Assembly: GCA_947475855.1 (NCBI GenBank)
Contig: CANJPN010000001.1
Span: 1 to 44,478, forward strand
Length of the DNA: 44,478 bases
Direction: 5' to 3'
From: Bradyrhizobiaceae bacterium
GTDB taxonomy: Bacteria; Pseudomonadota; Alphaproteobacteria; Rhizobiales; Hyphomicrobiaceae
A model generated the notes under the pieces. The model was not told the origin of the DNA and ran no database searches. It saw only the letters and a program-made list of their open reading frames with translations. A program made the position numbers and the translations under genes. This document shows, piece by piece, positions 25,898 to 37,758 of this stretch; the first letter of the stretch is position 1, and each line of letters starts with the position of its first letter.

Positions 25898-25960
25898 CGA
25901 TCATGCTACTCCTGGCAACTCGGTAGCCCCAGGGCGGCCTAGCGGCACGCAAGAAGCTAC

Positions 25961-26003
25961 CCAAAAGAAGAAGGGCGCGACGGTTTCGGCCGTTGCGTCC
26001 TTC
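25961..26003 (-). terminator. Rho-independent terminator for the minus-strand membrane-protein gene
   Basis: A 14-bp stem (25970-25983 pairs with 25990-26003, including two G-U pairs) has a 6-nt loop. On the minus strand it is followed by TTCTTTTGG (25961-25969). Confidence 0.5.
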
Positions 26004-26087
26004 TCGTGTCAGCATCCTGGCTCGTTTCAGTGTCCGGGCTCGTTTCAGCGACCTGGCGCCCAATCCAGTTGCGCGCCGTCCTCAGGC

Positions 26088-26438
26088 TCACCGCTTGATC
26101 GAGTATCCCAACACGACGCCGATCAGCGGGTAGGCCGTGAGCGGTACCCCCTTCACCACGCCCGCGATCGCGCGCGTCACGTCGGGAAACAGCGTGATCG
26201 CCGCGCCGATCAGCCCACCGACAAGCGCAAACGACAGCTTGCCCGTCGACGGCTGCGCGACATCCTTCAGCACGATCGAGCCCAACACGCCGATCAGCCA
26301 TGCCAGGATCGCGAACACCACCGCGTACATGAAGATGTTGAGCTGCGGACCGAACGACGGCAGCTTCTTCACGATCTCAGGCCCGAAGAACCAGCACACC
26401 GCAATCTGCAGCAAGAGCAGTACCAGCCGTCCCAACAT
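26088..26438 (-). CDS. Hypothetical small integral membrane protein (about 4 TM segments)
   Basis: The product starts MLGRLVLLLLQIAVCWFF and is hydrophobic throughout. I recognise no family. Confidence 0.6.
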   Translation of the reverse strand: MLGRLVLLLLQIAVCWFFGPEIVKKLPSFGPQLNIFMYAVVFAILAWLIGVLGSIVLKDVAQPSTGKLSFALVGGLIGAAITLFPDVTRAIAGVVKGVPLTAYPLIGVVLGYSIKR

Positions 26439-26501
26439 GTCATCCCCCTCGATTGCGAAACTCACCCGCCGCAACGCTACCAAGCCAATTGAACGCCGTC
26501 A

Positions 26502-29185
<2,684 letters not shown>

Positions 29186-29189
<4 letters not shown>

Positions 29190-29716
29190 ATCACTTGCCC
29201 GTTCGAGGAACTGAATGTCCATTGCTTCGTCCGCGCGGCATCGATCAGATCGCGGATGGTGACGGGAATTCTCCCTCCACGGCGCCCACTCGCACTTGAG
29301 AACAAACGGCTGAGCAGCGCGATCAGGATGGCGCACGTCGCATAGACCGCGGTGAAGAAACCGCTGCTCGCCAGCAGTGCCGAGCCTTCGAGGCCTGCCA
29401 GGCGCGCGGCAACTCCGATCGCGTGCATCGCAAGCACGCTCGTCGGCAGCGCCACGACCATCGCGACGGCTATCGGCCATCCCCGCGATGCGTCGTTTCC
29501 AAAGTGCCGATTGAAGTCCACATGGGTCATGTCGATTCCAAACTCTCGTTCCATCCGCAGCATCAGCTCTCGGGCTCGATCGCCAGTGCATCCCAGATCA
29601 TTCTCGATGTCGCTCTCGGGCCTGAGGGCGAGAATGTTCCAGCCTGTTTCATCGGCGACCACCTTCATCACCCGCTCGCTCAGATCATCTGCCGGCGTCG
29701 CAGTCACGACGATCAC
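29186..29716 (-). CDS. ACP-like (DUF1493-like) N-terminal domain + 2-3 TM helices, hypothetical
   Basis: The product ([19 protein letters not shown]...[30 protein letters not shown]) resembles the acyl-carrier-like DUF1493 pattern and is followed by hydrophobic helices. The GTG at 29716 overlaps the upstream TGA (GTGA). The ATG at 29668 is an alternative start. Confidence 0.55.
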
Positions 29717-30774
29717 CCATGCACGAACGGCTCGAGACCGGAGAGGCGCATCTTGACCGGCGGCTCGACCGGCTTGCGCGGCGGATGCTTCGACACGTGG
29801 GCTTTGATCTCGGCGATGTGCCCCGGCGTCGAGCCGCAGCACCCGCCGACGATGTTCAGCAACCCATCGCGCGCCCACGGCTCGATCTGGCAGCTCATGT
29901 CGTGAGGCGTCTCGTCGTATTCACCCATCGCATTGGGCAGGCCCGCGTTCGGATAGGCGAGCACATAGGTATCGGCGACCGCCGCGATCTCGGCGATGTA
30001 GGGCCGCATCGCCTCCGCGCCGAGCGCGCAGTTTAGCCCGATGGCGAACGGCTTCAAATGCCGCATCGAATACCAGAACGCTTCTGGCGTCTGCCCCGAC
30101 AGCGTGCGGCCAGACCGATCCGTAATGGTGCCGGAGATCATCAGCGGAAGCTCGACGCCCTTGTCGTCGAATGCTTCGAGCACTGCAACGCCGGCAGCCT
30201 TTGCATTCAGTGTATCGAATACCGTCTCGATCAGCAGAACGTCGGCGCCGCCTTCGATCAGCCCCTTGGCCTGCTCGAAATAGGCCGAACGCAATTCGTC
30301 GAACGAGACGTTGCGAAACCCGGGATTGTTGACGTCAGGAGAGATCGACGCGGTGCGGTTCGTCGGTCCCAGCGCACCGGCGACGAAGCGCGGCTGATCC
30401 GGCGTCATTTCTGTCCAGGCGTCTGCCGCAGCACGCGCGATCCTGGCCGCTTCCAGATTGATCTCGTAGGCCAATTCCTCCATGCCGTAGTCGGCCATGG
30501 AGATCACCTGCGCATTGAACGTGTTCGTCTCCACCATATCGGAGCCGGCCGCGAAATAGCTGTCGTGGATCTCGCGGATCAACTGCGGCTGTGACAGCAC
30601 CAGAAGATCGTTGTTGCCCTTCACGTCGCGATGCCAGTCCTTGAACCGCTCGCCGCGATACTCGGCCTCGCTCATCTTGCGGGTCTGGATCTCGGTGCCC
30701 ATGCCGCCGTCGATGATCACGATGCGCCGGGTAACCGCCTCCTTGAGCGCGGCGATACGTTGTTCTCTGGTCAT
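29713..30774 (-). CDS. Homocysteine S-methyltransferase domain protein (N-terminal module of MetH as a separate polypeptide)
   Basis: The 353-aa product contains [13 protein letters not shown], and the GLNCALG and [11 protein letters not shown] zinc-ligand Cys motifs. It ends in RLSGLEPF, which is the Hcy/pterin linker in E. coli MetH. Confidence 0.9.
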   Translation of the reverse strand: MTREQRIAALKEAVTRRIVIIDGGMGTEIQTRKMSEAEYRGERFKDWHRDVKGNNDLLVLSQPQLIREIHDSYFAAGSDMVETNTFNAQVISMADYGMEELAYEINLEAARIARAAADAWTEMTPDQPRFVAGALGPTNRTASISPDVNNPGFRNVSFDELRSAYFEQAKGLIEGGADVLLIETVFDTLNAKAAGVAVLEAFDDKGVELPLMISGTITDRSGRTLSGQTPEAFWYSMRHLKPFAIGLNCALGAEAMRPYIAEIAAVADTYVLAYPNAGLPNAMGEYDETPHDMSCQIEPWARDGLLNIVGGCCGSTPGHIAEIKAHVSKHPPRKPVEPPVKMRLSGLEPFVHG

Positions 30775-31706
30775 GCGCCCACAGCCTCTTGCCGCTTGTC
30801 GCCGACGCCACCAGACGCCGGACGAAGCCCCAGCAGATGGCAGATCGCGTAGACGAGATCTGCGCGGTTCAGCGTATAAAAATGGAAATGGTGGATGCCC
30901 TGGTCGACGAGGTCCATCACCTGCTCGGCAGCCACCGCGGCGGCCACCAGCGAAGCCGTGGCCGGATCATCATCGAGGCCCTCGAACCGCCGCGCCATCC
31001 ATTCGGGCATCGAAGCCCCGGTGCGCGAGGCAAAGCCCGAAACTTGTTTGAAGTTATGGATAGGCACGATGCCAGGAAGGATCGGCACGTTGATGCCAGC
31101 CGCGCGTACCTTGTCCATGAACCGCAAGTACTGAGTGTTGTCGAAGAAGAACTGCGTGATGGCCCGCGTCGCGCCGGCGTCGATCTTGGCCTTGAGATTG
31201 TCGATGTCCGCGCTCGCCGACGGACTTTCCGGATGCATCTCCGGATATGCCGCTACCGATATCTCAAACTTCGCGAGACGCTTCAATCCCGCAACGAGAT
31301 CCGCAGCGTTCGCATAACCGTCCGGATGCGGCTCGTACTTCGTGCCGGGCCCTGCCGGCGGATCGCCACGAAGCGCCACGATGTGGCGGACGCCCGCCTG
31401 CCAATAGGCCCGCGCCACCGAGTCGACTTCAGCGCGTGTCGCGTTCACGCAGGTCAGGTGCGCGGCCGGCACCACCATCGTCTCGCGAACGATCCGCGAA
31501 ACCGTCGTGTGGGTGCGCTCGCGCGTCGAGCCACCCGCGCCGTAGGTCACGGAGACGAACTCCGGGCGCAGCGGCTCGAGCCGGCGGATCGCAGTCCACA
31601 GCCCTTCCTCCATCTTCTCCGACTTCGGCGGGAAGAACTCGAACGATACCTCGATGTCGCCCGAGCCCAAGATGCGACTTCGGCGCTGACCTTCATTCGT
31701 CGTCAT
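30771..31706 (-). CDS. metF: Methylenetetrahydrofolate reductase
   Basis: The product contains [32 protein letters not shown] and IVALRGDPP. Both ends have 4-nt ATGA overlaps with neighbouring genes. Confidence 0.9.
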   Translation of the reverse strand: MTTNEGQRRSRILGSGDIEVSFEFFPPKSEKMEEGLWTAIRRLEPLRPEFVSVTYGAGGSTRERTHTTVSRIVRETMVVPAAHLTCVNATRAEVDSVARAYWQAGVRHIVALRGDPPAGPGTKYEPHPDGYANAADLVAGLKRLAKFEISVAAYPEMHPESPSASADIDNLKAKIDAGATRAITQFFFDNTQYLRFMDKVRAAGINVPILPGIVPIHNFKQVSGFASRTGASMPEWMARRFEGLDDDPATASLVAAAVAAEQVMDLVDQGIHHFHFYTLNRADLVYAICHLLGLRPASGGVGDKRQEAVGA

Positions 31707-32725
31707 GCTGCATTCTCCACTTGCGTGACCGAGCCCTGCTGAGCGGTTTGCCTGGCGGTCTGCCGCAGCTCGCCGACCCAGATCGACACCGTCACCTTCC
31801 CAACCCCGTCCGGCGCCGGCGGTACGAGGTCGCGCGTTTCCTTGACATCGATGCCCGCCGCGTCGAGCCAGTGCGCGATCTCGGACTTGGCGAAGCCGAG
31901 CCGCACATGAGCGAATTCATCACGCAGGAACTCGTGCTCGTGCGGTGCGAAATCGACCAGCAGCAACCGCCCCCCTGGCGCCAGGATGCGCGCCGCTTCT
32001 TCGATCGCCCGAGACGGTTGCGACAGGAAGTGCAGCACCTGGTGCATCACGACGGCACTGGCGACGCCGTCGTCGATGTTCAGGTTGCAGATATCACCCT
32101 GACGCACGAGCGCCTGGCCCAGCCCGGCACGATCGAGCTTGGCACGAGCGTACGACAGCATCGCAGGACTGGCGTCGATCCCCAGCGCCCGGGAATAGCG
32201 GCCCGCGAGCAGCTCCAGCATCCGCCCCGTGCCTGTGCCCAGATCCACCAGCAGTTCGAAAGGTCCTGCCCCCAGCGCTGCCAGCATAGCCGCCTCGACT
32301 TGCGCCTCTTCGACGTGCAGCGAGCGGATGCTGTCCCATTCGGCTGCACGCGCCATGAAGAACTGCTGGGCGCTCTCCTCACGCTCCTTCTTCAGAGCGT
32401 CCGCGCGCTGAGCATCCCGGCCCGGCAATCCATCTGTCCGGCCACCAATCGAGGCGATGATCTGGCGACCGATCTGCCCGGCCGCCGTTCCGTCGGCGAG
32501 GTGAAAGTAAGCCCAGCTCCCCTCACGGACGCGCACGATCAGTCCTGCCTCGGCCAGGAGCTTCAGATGACGACTGATCCGCGGCTGGCTCTGCCCCAGG
32601 ATCCGCGTGAGATCTTTCACGTTGAACTCGCCCTGCGAGAGCAACAACAGGACGCGCAGCCGGGTTGGCTCCGCCGCAGCCTTCAAAAGCGTCACGACAG
32701 CATCGGATTCGAGAAGCGGGGACAT
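31703..32725 (-). CDS. ArsR-family wHTH fused to a SAM-dependent methyltransferase fold (SahR-like regulator of the methionine cycle)
   Basis: The HTH region reads LLKAAAEPTRLRVLLLLSQGEFNVKDLTRILGQSQPRISRHLKLLAEAGLI. It is followed by methyltransferase motif I (LLVDLGTGTGRML). Alternative starts are at 32737 (ATG) and 32746 (TTG). Confidence 0.85.
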   Translation of the reverse strand: MSPLLESDAVVTLLKAAAEPTRLRVLLLLSQGEFNVKDLTRILGQSQPRISRHLKLLAEAGLIVRVREGSWAYFHLADGTAAGQIGRQIIASIGGRTDGLPGRDAQRADALKKEREESAQQFFMARAAEWDSIRSLHVEEAQVEAAMLAALGAGPFELLVDLGTGTGRMLELLAGRYSRALGIDASPAMLSYARAKLDRAGLGQALVRQGDICNLNIDDGVASAVVMHQVLHFLSQPSRAIEEAARILAPGGRLLLVDFAPHEHEFLRDEFAHVRLGFAKSEIAHWLDAAGIDVKETRDLVPPAPDGVGKVTVSIWVGELRQTARQTAQQGSVTQVENAA

Positions 32726-32760
32726 CAAACAGCCCATACCAAGCAAGCTGGCCGGACAAT

Positions 32761-32776
32761 ATAAAGATATCTTTAT
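32761..32776. promoter_or_regulatory. Perfect 16-bp AT-rich palindrome ATAAAGATATCTTTAT, candidate operator of the SahR-like regulator
   Basis: This is an exact palindrome 36 nt upstream of the regulator ATG at 32725. It stands out because it is AT-rich in a GC-rich genome. Confidence 0.4.
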
Positions 32777-33009
32777 GTGTCAAGCAATAGTTGGGGCAAC
32801 GACCCACTTGGGGGCGTGCAACCCTGTTTGGCCTGCATCGGCTCGGCGGTCTTTGCGATCCAATAGCGGCCGCGAGAAAGCCTGGCGCGCCAAATCGCGC
32901 ACTCAACCAAGCAAGCGCCGGCCACACCCGCCGAGAATTCGCATGCTCACGCGCCAGTACGGCCCCCGGCGCCTTGAAACGTCCGTCATCTTGGTGTCCT
33001 TTCAGCAAC

Positions 33010-33021
33010 CCTTTATAAAGG
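33010..33021. promoter_or_regulatory. Perfect 12-bp palindrome CCTTTATAAAGG sharing the CTTTAT/ATAAAG half-site
   Basis: This is an exact palindrome in the same divergent intergenic region, about 50 nt upstream of the ATG at 33072. Confidence 0.25.
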
Positions 33022-33071
33022 TAAACGGTTTATCCAAGGGTGTCCCAACCTTCGCACTGCAGGCAAGAACT

Positions 33072-33725
33072 ATGCGCATCGCAGCCGTTTCCAAGGTCGA
33101 TATGACCGTCGATCCCGTCCGCGCCTCCGCCGTATTCAACATGTCTACCAGGAAGTTACAGGCTGGCCTCTTGGTTGCCCTGTCGCTTGGGGGGATGCTT
33201 GGCCTGCTCCTTCCATTGGGGCTGATCGCCTTTGACGCGATCTCGAATCCCCAGGTTATCCACAGCCTTGTCGAACACCCGGGCTCCGCTGCATTGCTGG
33301 CGGCCGGCGTGATGGTCGGTATCGCCCTCCTGGCCTTCCCCTTGCGTTCCGGCCTTGCCCGTTTGAGCAGCTCCGGTCGGGTCGAAATGGCCGATGGCAT
33401 GGTGCATGTCGAGCGTCGCGGCCTCCTCGCTCCAGAACGCTGGAGCGCCCCGCTTGCCCAGTTCTGCGGCGTCACACATCACATCCGAGCCACTCTTTCA
33501 GGGCCGCGCCACGAGATCATCCTGGTCCATCCCCAGCGTTCGAAGGACGTGCTGCTCCACGTGGCGCACCGCCACCCGCCAGAAGGTGCCGATCACTATG
33601 CGCGGCTTCTCGGATTGCCCGAACTGCAGCCCCGGGAACTTTACAATCGCCATCGCCGTGCTCCCCATTCCGCGCCCAGTCAGCTCCACGAGGCGCCTCG
33701 GGAACTGCAGGCCAAGGCCGCTTGA
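33072..33725 (+). CDS. Hypothetical membrane protein (2 TM segments; the start could be the ATG at 33141)
   Basis: This is the distal part of ORF 32607..33725. It has the hydrophobic segments LLVALSLGGMLGLLLPLGLIAF and AALLAAGVMVGIALLAF. I recognise no family. Confidence 0.5.
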   Translation: MRIAAVSKVDMTVDPVRASAVFNMSTRKLQAGLLVALSLGGMLGLLLPLGLIAFDAISNPQVIHSLVEHPGSAALLAAGVMVGIALLAFPLRSGLARLSSSGRVEMADGMVHVERRGLLAPERWSAPLAQFCGVTHHIRATLSGPRHEIILVHPQRSKDVLLHVAHRHPPEGADHYARLLGLPELQPRELYNRHRRAPHSAPSQLHEAPRELQAKAA

Positions 33726-34046
33726 GATATCCGACGGGGTCGAAAGACCCGGCCGCGAAGTTACGATCTGCGAGATTCCGCCGCGCCCTTGCCACAACGC
33801 TCGGGCATGGCATGACGGAAGAAAACCAAGCCCGAGCCGCGCAGCAAATCAACGATTTGCGACGGTGGCACAGGCGGCCAATGCTCGAGTGCACGTGCCG
33901 AACGAGCGAGTTTGAAGCTTCGGCCCGGCTCGCGCGTCGGTAAGGTCAGAGTGTAGCGTTTGAGTACAAGTCGAATTCGAAGTCGAGTATCGCGTCGCGG
34001 CCACGTGCGTCAGTGTGGAAGCGTGGGTCAAAAGAGGTATTGCGAC

Positions 34047-34661
34047 ATGATGAGGCGTAGCGTCGGGTGTTCGGTGATCGGCTATCTCGTTCGAGGATTG
34101 GCCGCGCTGATGTTAGCGTTGGGGACATTCGGCTCGGCTGGCGGCACCGCAGCCGCTGACGATTCCGCGGTACAGTTCGTACAGAAGATGACGCGCGAAC
34201 TAATTGCCGCGAACAGAGCCGGCGCGGATGTTGTTTTCGCGGACACACTGCGTCGCAATGCTCATGTTGGCGCCATCGGCACCTATGCGCTCGGCTCATA
34301 TCAAGGCCAGCTCAGCCAACAGAACCGCGACAGCTATCTCAACGGCATGGTGAGATTCATTTCGCGTTATGCCGCAACCGAATCCAAGAAATATCAGGTC
34401 AGCCACGTCCAGGTCAACGGCCCGTCCCGCCGTGTGAACCAGGGTGTCATGGTCGATACCCAAGTGCATATGCGCGACGGCTCCACGTATGACGTACAGT
34501 GGCTGTTGCAGGCTGCTGGCACGGGCTACCGCGTCCGTGATGCCAAGGTTCAGGTGCTGCTCGGCGAATACTGGATGACACCGTTCCTGAAGGATCTTTT
34601 CGAGAAGTACATCGCTGAGAACGGCAGCGTGAACGCGCTCGTACTAGCGTTGAACCGCTGA
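34047..34661 (+). CDS. MlaC/Ttg2D-like periplasmic lipid-binding protein
   Basis: The product has a signal peptide (MMRRSVGCSVIGYLVRGLAALMLALGTFGSAGG) and a C-terminal YDVQWLLQAAGTGYRVRDAKV..G..W pattern typical of the MlaC family. Confidence 0.7.
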   Translation: MMRRSVGCSVIGYLVRGLAALMLALGTFGSAGGTAAADDSAVQFVQKMTRELIAANRAGADVVFADTLRRNAHVGAIGTYALGSYQGQLSQQNRDSYLNGMVRFISRYAATESKKYQVSHVQVNGPSRRVNQGVMVDTQVHMRDGSTYDVQWLLQAAGTGYRVRDAKVQVLLGEYWMTPFLKDLFEKYIAENGSVNALVLALNR

Positions 34662-34690
34662 TCCAGCCATTCACGGCCTGACACGACAAT

Positions 34691-34723
34691 GCCCGGTCGC
34701 GCCTCAGGCGCGCCGGGCTTTTT
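34691..34723 (+). terminator. Rho-independent terminator after the MlaC-like gene
   Basis: The hairpin gcccggtcgcgcc-tca-ggcgcgccgggc forms a 12-bp GC-rich stem with one bulge and is followed by ttttt (34719-34723). Confidence 0.75.
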
Positions 34724-34793
34724 AATGCTTCCCTGACGAGCGGCGACGCACAGGATGCGTGCGTCGCAACAACGCGCTATTCGGCCCGCAAGG

Positions 34794-35513
34794 TCAACGC
34801 GCGGCAGGAGGGGGCGGCAACGGTGGTGGTGGCGCGCCGTTCAACGCGACGCGCAGGCGCGCGACGTCGCCCGACAGCAGCGCCCCCGGCAGGAAGTTCG
34901 GCACCGCCATTGCCACCTGTACCGGCGAAGGCGTAGTCCCCATCACGCGGTCGAGCAGACCGTCGGTTCGCGCCGCCGTTACTGTGAGTTCCCCTTTCAA
35001 CTGACTGCGTGGCTCGGCGACCCGCTTCTCGCGGTAATCGGGCGAATAGAACAGAACAGTTCCGGTCCACGCCGTGCGGCCTGCGATCGAGAGTGCTGAG
35101 AACGGCGCTTTGGCCCGCTTCGACTTTTCGCTGACGTTGTCGCGCCCGGCAAACCACGTGGCATCCGCCGTATAGGCGCCCTCGAAGGTATCCTTGTTTC
35201 CCGTCTCGACGTTGGAGAGATCAAGTTTCAGCGAGACCACGGCCCCGTCCTGCGCACCCGAGTTGACGATCGTGATCGGCACCACGAACACCTCGTAGCT
35301 CCCCCAGGGATCGCGGGTATAGAACATGGACTCGCCGACATAGACCTTGAGGCTCGGCTGCTTCAGCACCGTCTCCCATAGCGACACGCCGGACACGAGA
35401 AGTGCGATCATCGAACCGCTGGTGGAAAGCCATGGGCCGATGCGCGGTCGGGTCCGCCCGGGACCGGCACCAGGGCCGCCCTCCGGCGTTTCCACTTCTT
35501 CCGGTTTTGCCAT
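34794..35513 (-). CDS. Hypothetical N-terminally anchored protein with beta-rich extracytoplasmic domain and Pro-rich C-terminal tail
   Basis: The ATG at 35513 gives MAKPEEVETPEGGPGAGPGRTRPRIGPW, then the TM segment LSTSGSMIALLVSGVSLW, and a tail ...NGAPPPPLPPPPAAR. I recognise no family. Confidence 0.55.
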   Translation of the reverse strand: MAKPEEVETPEGGPGAGPGRTRPRIGPWLSTSGSMIALLVSGVSLWETVLKQPSLKVYVGESMFYTRDPWGSYEVFVVPITIVNSGAQDGAVVSLKLDLSNVETGNKDTFEGAYTADATWFAGRDNVSEKSKRAKAPFSALSIAGRTAWTGTVLFYSPDYREKRVAEPRSQLKGELTVTAARTDGLLDRVMGTTPSPVQVAMAVPNFLPGALLSGDVARLRVALNGAPPPPLPPPPAAR

Positions 35514-35702
35514 GTGTCTCTCCCGCAATCGATGCGAACGAATGCCGGGATCAGAGGCCCGGTTTGCGTCAATCCTGGGGCATCGGCGCAGCGTGGTGAG
35601 CCCGCGATCTGCGCGCTTGGTATCTCGGGCATTCTGCCGGGGCCGCGAACGCTTCGCGGGCAGCGCGTGCTCCTCCCGCACGACGAACCGACCACATTCG
35701 GC

Positions 35703-36668
35703 CTACTGCGGAGGTATATTGGCGAGCTTGATGATGGCGGCGTATTTGGCCGTATCGGCCTTGTACTTCGCCGCGAACTCGGCAGGCGTGCTGGCGATCA
35801 CTTCCGAGGCAAAAGACTTCATGCGGGCGACGACCTCGGGCGAGGAGAGCGCCTGCTTCGTCGTCTCGTAGAGGCGCGTGACGATCGCCTGGGGGGTGCC
35901 CGCGGGAACGAAGAAGCCCTGCCAGCTATCGGCGGCGAAGTCCTTTACGCCCTGCTCCGCGACCGTGGGCAGGTCCGGCAGGCGCGGGATGCGCTTGGCC
36001 GTGGTCACCGCCAGCGCCTTGATTTGCTTTGCATCGATCAGCGCCAGCGCCGTCGCGACCGGCACAACCGCGACCTGCACATCGCCCGCGATCAGCGCCG
36101 TGTTGAGAGGTGCATCTCCACGGAACGGCACCGCCTGGATGTCGATGCCGGTGTCTCGCTTCAGCATCTCCATCGCCAGGTGCAAGGGATTGCCGACGCC
36201 GGTATTGCCGTAGTTGAGCGCGCCGGGCTTGGCTTTGGCGAGGGCCACGAAACCTTTCAGATCCTCAGCTTCGAGCTTCGGCGTGGCGACCAGCAGCAGG
36301 CCCGTCTCGACCAGTTGCGTGACGGGGATCAGGTCCTTGTCCGGGTTGTAGGCGAGCTGCTTGTAGAGCGACGGGCTCATAGCCTGCCCGATCGTAGTCT
36401 GGAGAATGGTGTGGCCGTCGGGATCGGACTTCGCCACGCTGTCGGCGGCGAGATTGCCGCCGACTCCGGGCTTGTTCTCGATGATCACCGGCTGGCCCAG
36501 GATCTCCTGCAGCTTCGCGCCGATCACGCGGCCGGTGCTGTCGACGGCGCCGCCGGGCGCGAAGGGTATGACGACCTTGAGCGGCTTCGATGGCCAGTTC
36601 TGCGCCATGGAAGGCGGCGCCAAAGCCAGAATAAGCAATGCCGTCGCAGACCGAATAAGCCGTCGCAT
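35703..36668 (-). CDS. Bug-family (TctC-like) substrate-binding protein
   Basis: The product has a signal peptide (MRRLIRSATALLILALAPPSMAQ), then WPSKPLKVVIPFAPGGAVD and NYGNTGVGNPLHL. Confidence 0.9.
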   Translation of the reverse strand: MRRLIRSATALLILALAPPSMAQNWPSKPLKVVIPFAPGGAVDSTGRVIGAKLQEILGQPVIIENKPGVGGNLAADSVAKSDPDGHTILQTTIGQAMSPSLYKQLAYNPDKDLIPVTQLVETGLLLVATPKLEAEDLKGFVALAKAKPGALNYGNTGVGNPLHLAMEMLKRDTGIDIQAVPFRGDAPLNTALIAGDVQVAVVPVATALALIDAKQIKALAVTTAKRIPRLPDLPTVAEQGVKDFAADSWQGFFVPAGTPQAIVTRLYETTKQALSSPEVVARMKSFASEVIASTPAEFAAKYKADTAKYAAIIKLANIPPQ

Positions 36669-36718
36669 GCCGCCTTCTCCCTACCGATCGCTATCGGCTT
36701 TCTCGATTGTTGCCGCCG

Positions 36719-37717
36719 TCACTGCGGTTCGATGCCGAGTTCCTTGAACAGCTTTTCCCACAATGCGAGCTGCTGCTTCAAGAAGGCTGACGCATCGGTG
36801 GGCGTGCCCATGCCGGCAGGGCTCATCTCGAAGCCGAGCTTGGGCGCCATCTCGCGGACCTTGGCGTCCTTGCCGGCCTCGTTCAACGCCTTGTTCATGT
36901 CGGCAATGATGGAAGCGGGCGTGCCGGCCGGCGCCAGGACCATGAACCAGCCGGACATGTCGAAGCCCGGAATAGTTTCGGCCGCGGTGGGCAGATCGGG
37001 GAAGCCGGAGAGGCGCTTGTCGGCGACGCTGGCGATCGCGCGCAGCTTGCCGTCCCGCACGAGGGCCTCGACGATCGAGACAGAGAACACGCCGACCTGG
37101 ACTCGGCCGGCGAGCGTGTCCTGCACGCCGCTGTTGATGTTGGGATAGGGCACCAGCACCATCTTCGTGCCGGCCCTGAGATTGAAGGCTTGCGCCGTCA
37201 CGCCGGCGAGGTTGCGGGGACTGTCGACGGCGACCGAGAACTTGCCCGGCTCCTTCTTTTCGAGCGCGATCAGCTCCGGCAGCGTCTTGGCTGGCACATC
37301 CGGATGGACGACGAAGAGCTGGCTCGAGCGGGTGACGAGGGCGACTGGCACGAAATCCTTCACGGGATCGTAGGTCAGCGCCTTCATCAGGAACGGATTG
37401 TTCACGAGCGCGGCCGAGGTCGCGAAGAAGAACGTGTTGCCGTCCGGGGCTGCTCTGGCTGCCGCGACCGTGCCGATCACATTGCCGCCGCCCGGTTTGT
37501 TCTCGACGATCACGCCCTGTTTCAATTGGGCGGTGAGACGATCTGCGATCAGGCGGGCCATCACGTCCGGGCTGGCCCCGGCGGCCTGCGAGACGATCAG
37601 CGTCACGGAACGCTGCGGCCATACTTGGGTTTGGGCCTGTGCTTGGGCCAGAGACACGGCTGTGCCGAGGGCAGCCGCGACAGCCATAAGGTTGCGGCGG
37701 GTCGCTGAATTGAACAT
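36719..37717 (-). CDS. Bug-family (TctC-like) substrate-binding protein, Tat-like signal
   Basis: MFNSATRRNLMAVAAALGTAVSLAQAQA carries a twin-arginine-like motif. It is followed by WPQRSVTLIVSQAAGASPDV. Confidence 0.9.
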   Translation of the reverse strand: MFNSATRRNLMAVAAALGTAVSLAQAQAQTQVWPQRSVTLIVSQAAGASPDVMARLIADRLTAQLKQGVIVENKPGGGNVIGTVAAARAAPDGNTFFFATSAALVNNPFLMKALTYDPVKDFVPVALVTRSSQLFVVHPDVPAKTLPELIALEKKEPGKFSVAVDSPRNLAGVTAQAFNLRAGTKMVLVPYPNINSGVQDTLAGRVQVGVFSVSIVEALVRDGKLRAIASVADKRLSGFPDLPTAAETIPGFDMSGWFMVLAPAGTPASIIADMNKALNEAGKDAKVREMAPKLGFEMSPAGMGTPTDASAFLKQQLALWEKLFKELGIEPQ

Positions 37718-37758
37718 TGGTATGCCTCCCTGCGGGTAAATCTCCGGGGCTGCTTATG

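Noticed and set aside
26019-26048. A tandem repeat of ggctcgtttcag with an 18-nt period, checked as a possible CRISPR or VNTR.
   Set aside because: There are only two copies, no spacer/repeat architecture and no cas genes. It is probably incidental. I saw no CRISPR array anywhere in the window.
29190-29591. The upstream 134 codons of track ORF 26502..29591 (the metH frame).
   Set aside because: This stretch overlaps the ACP-like gene in another frame and is Arg-rich noise. MetH homology starts exactly at the ATG at 29189, which forms an ATGA overlap.
32726-33071. A possible SAM, SAH or B12 riboswitch in the leader of the methionine operon.
   Set aside because: I could not recognise conserved riboswitch cores by eye. 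The leader between the palindrome and the start codon is too short (about 36 nt). The first gene is itself a regulator, so protein-mediated control is more parsimonious. A covariance-model scan (Rfam/Infernal) would settle it.
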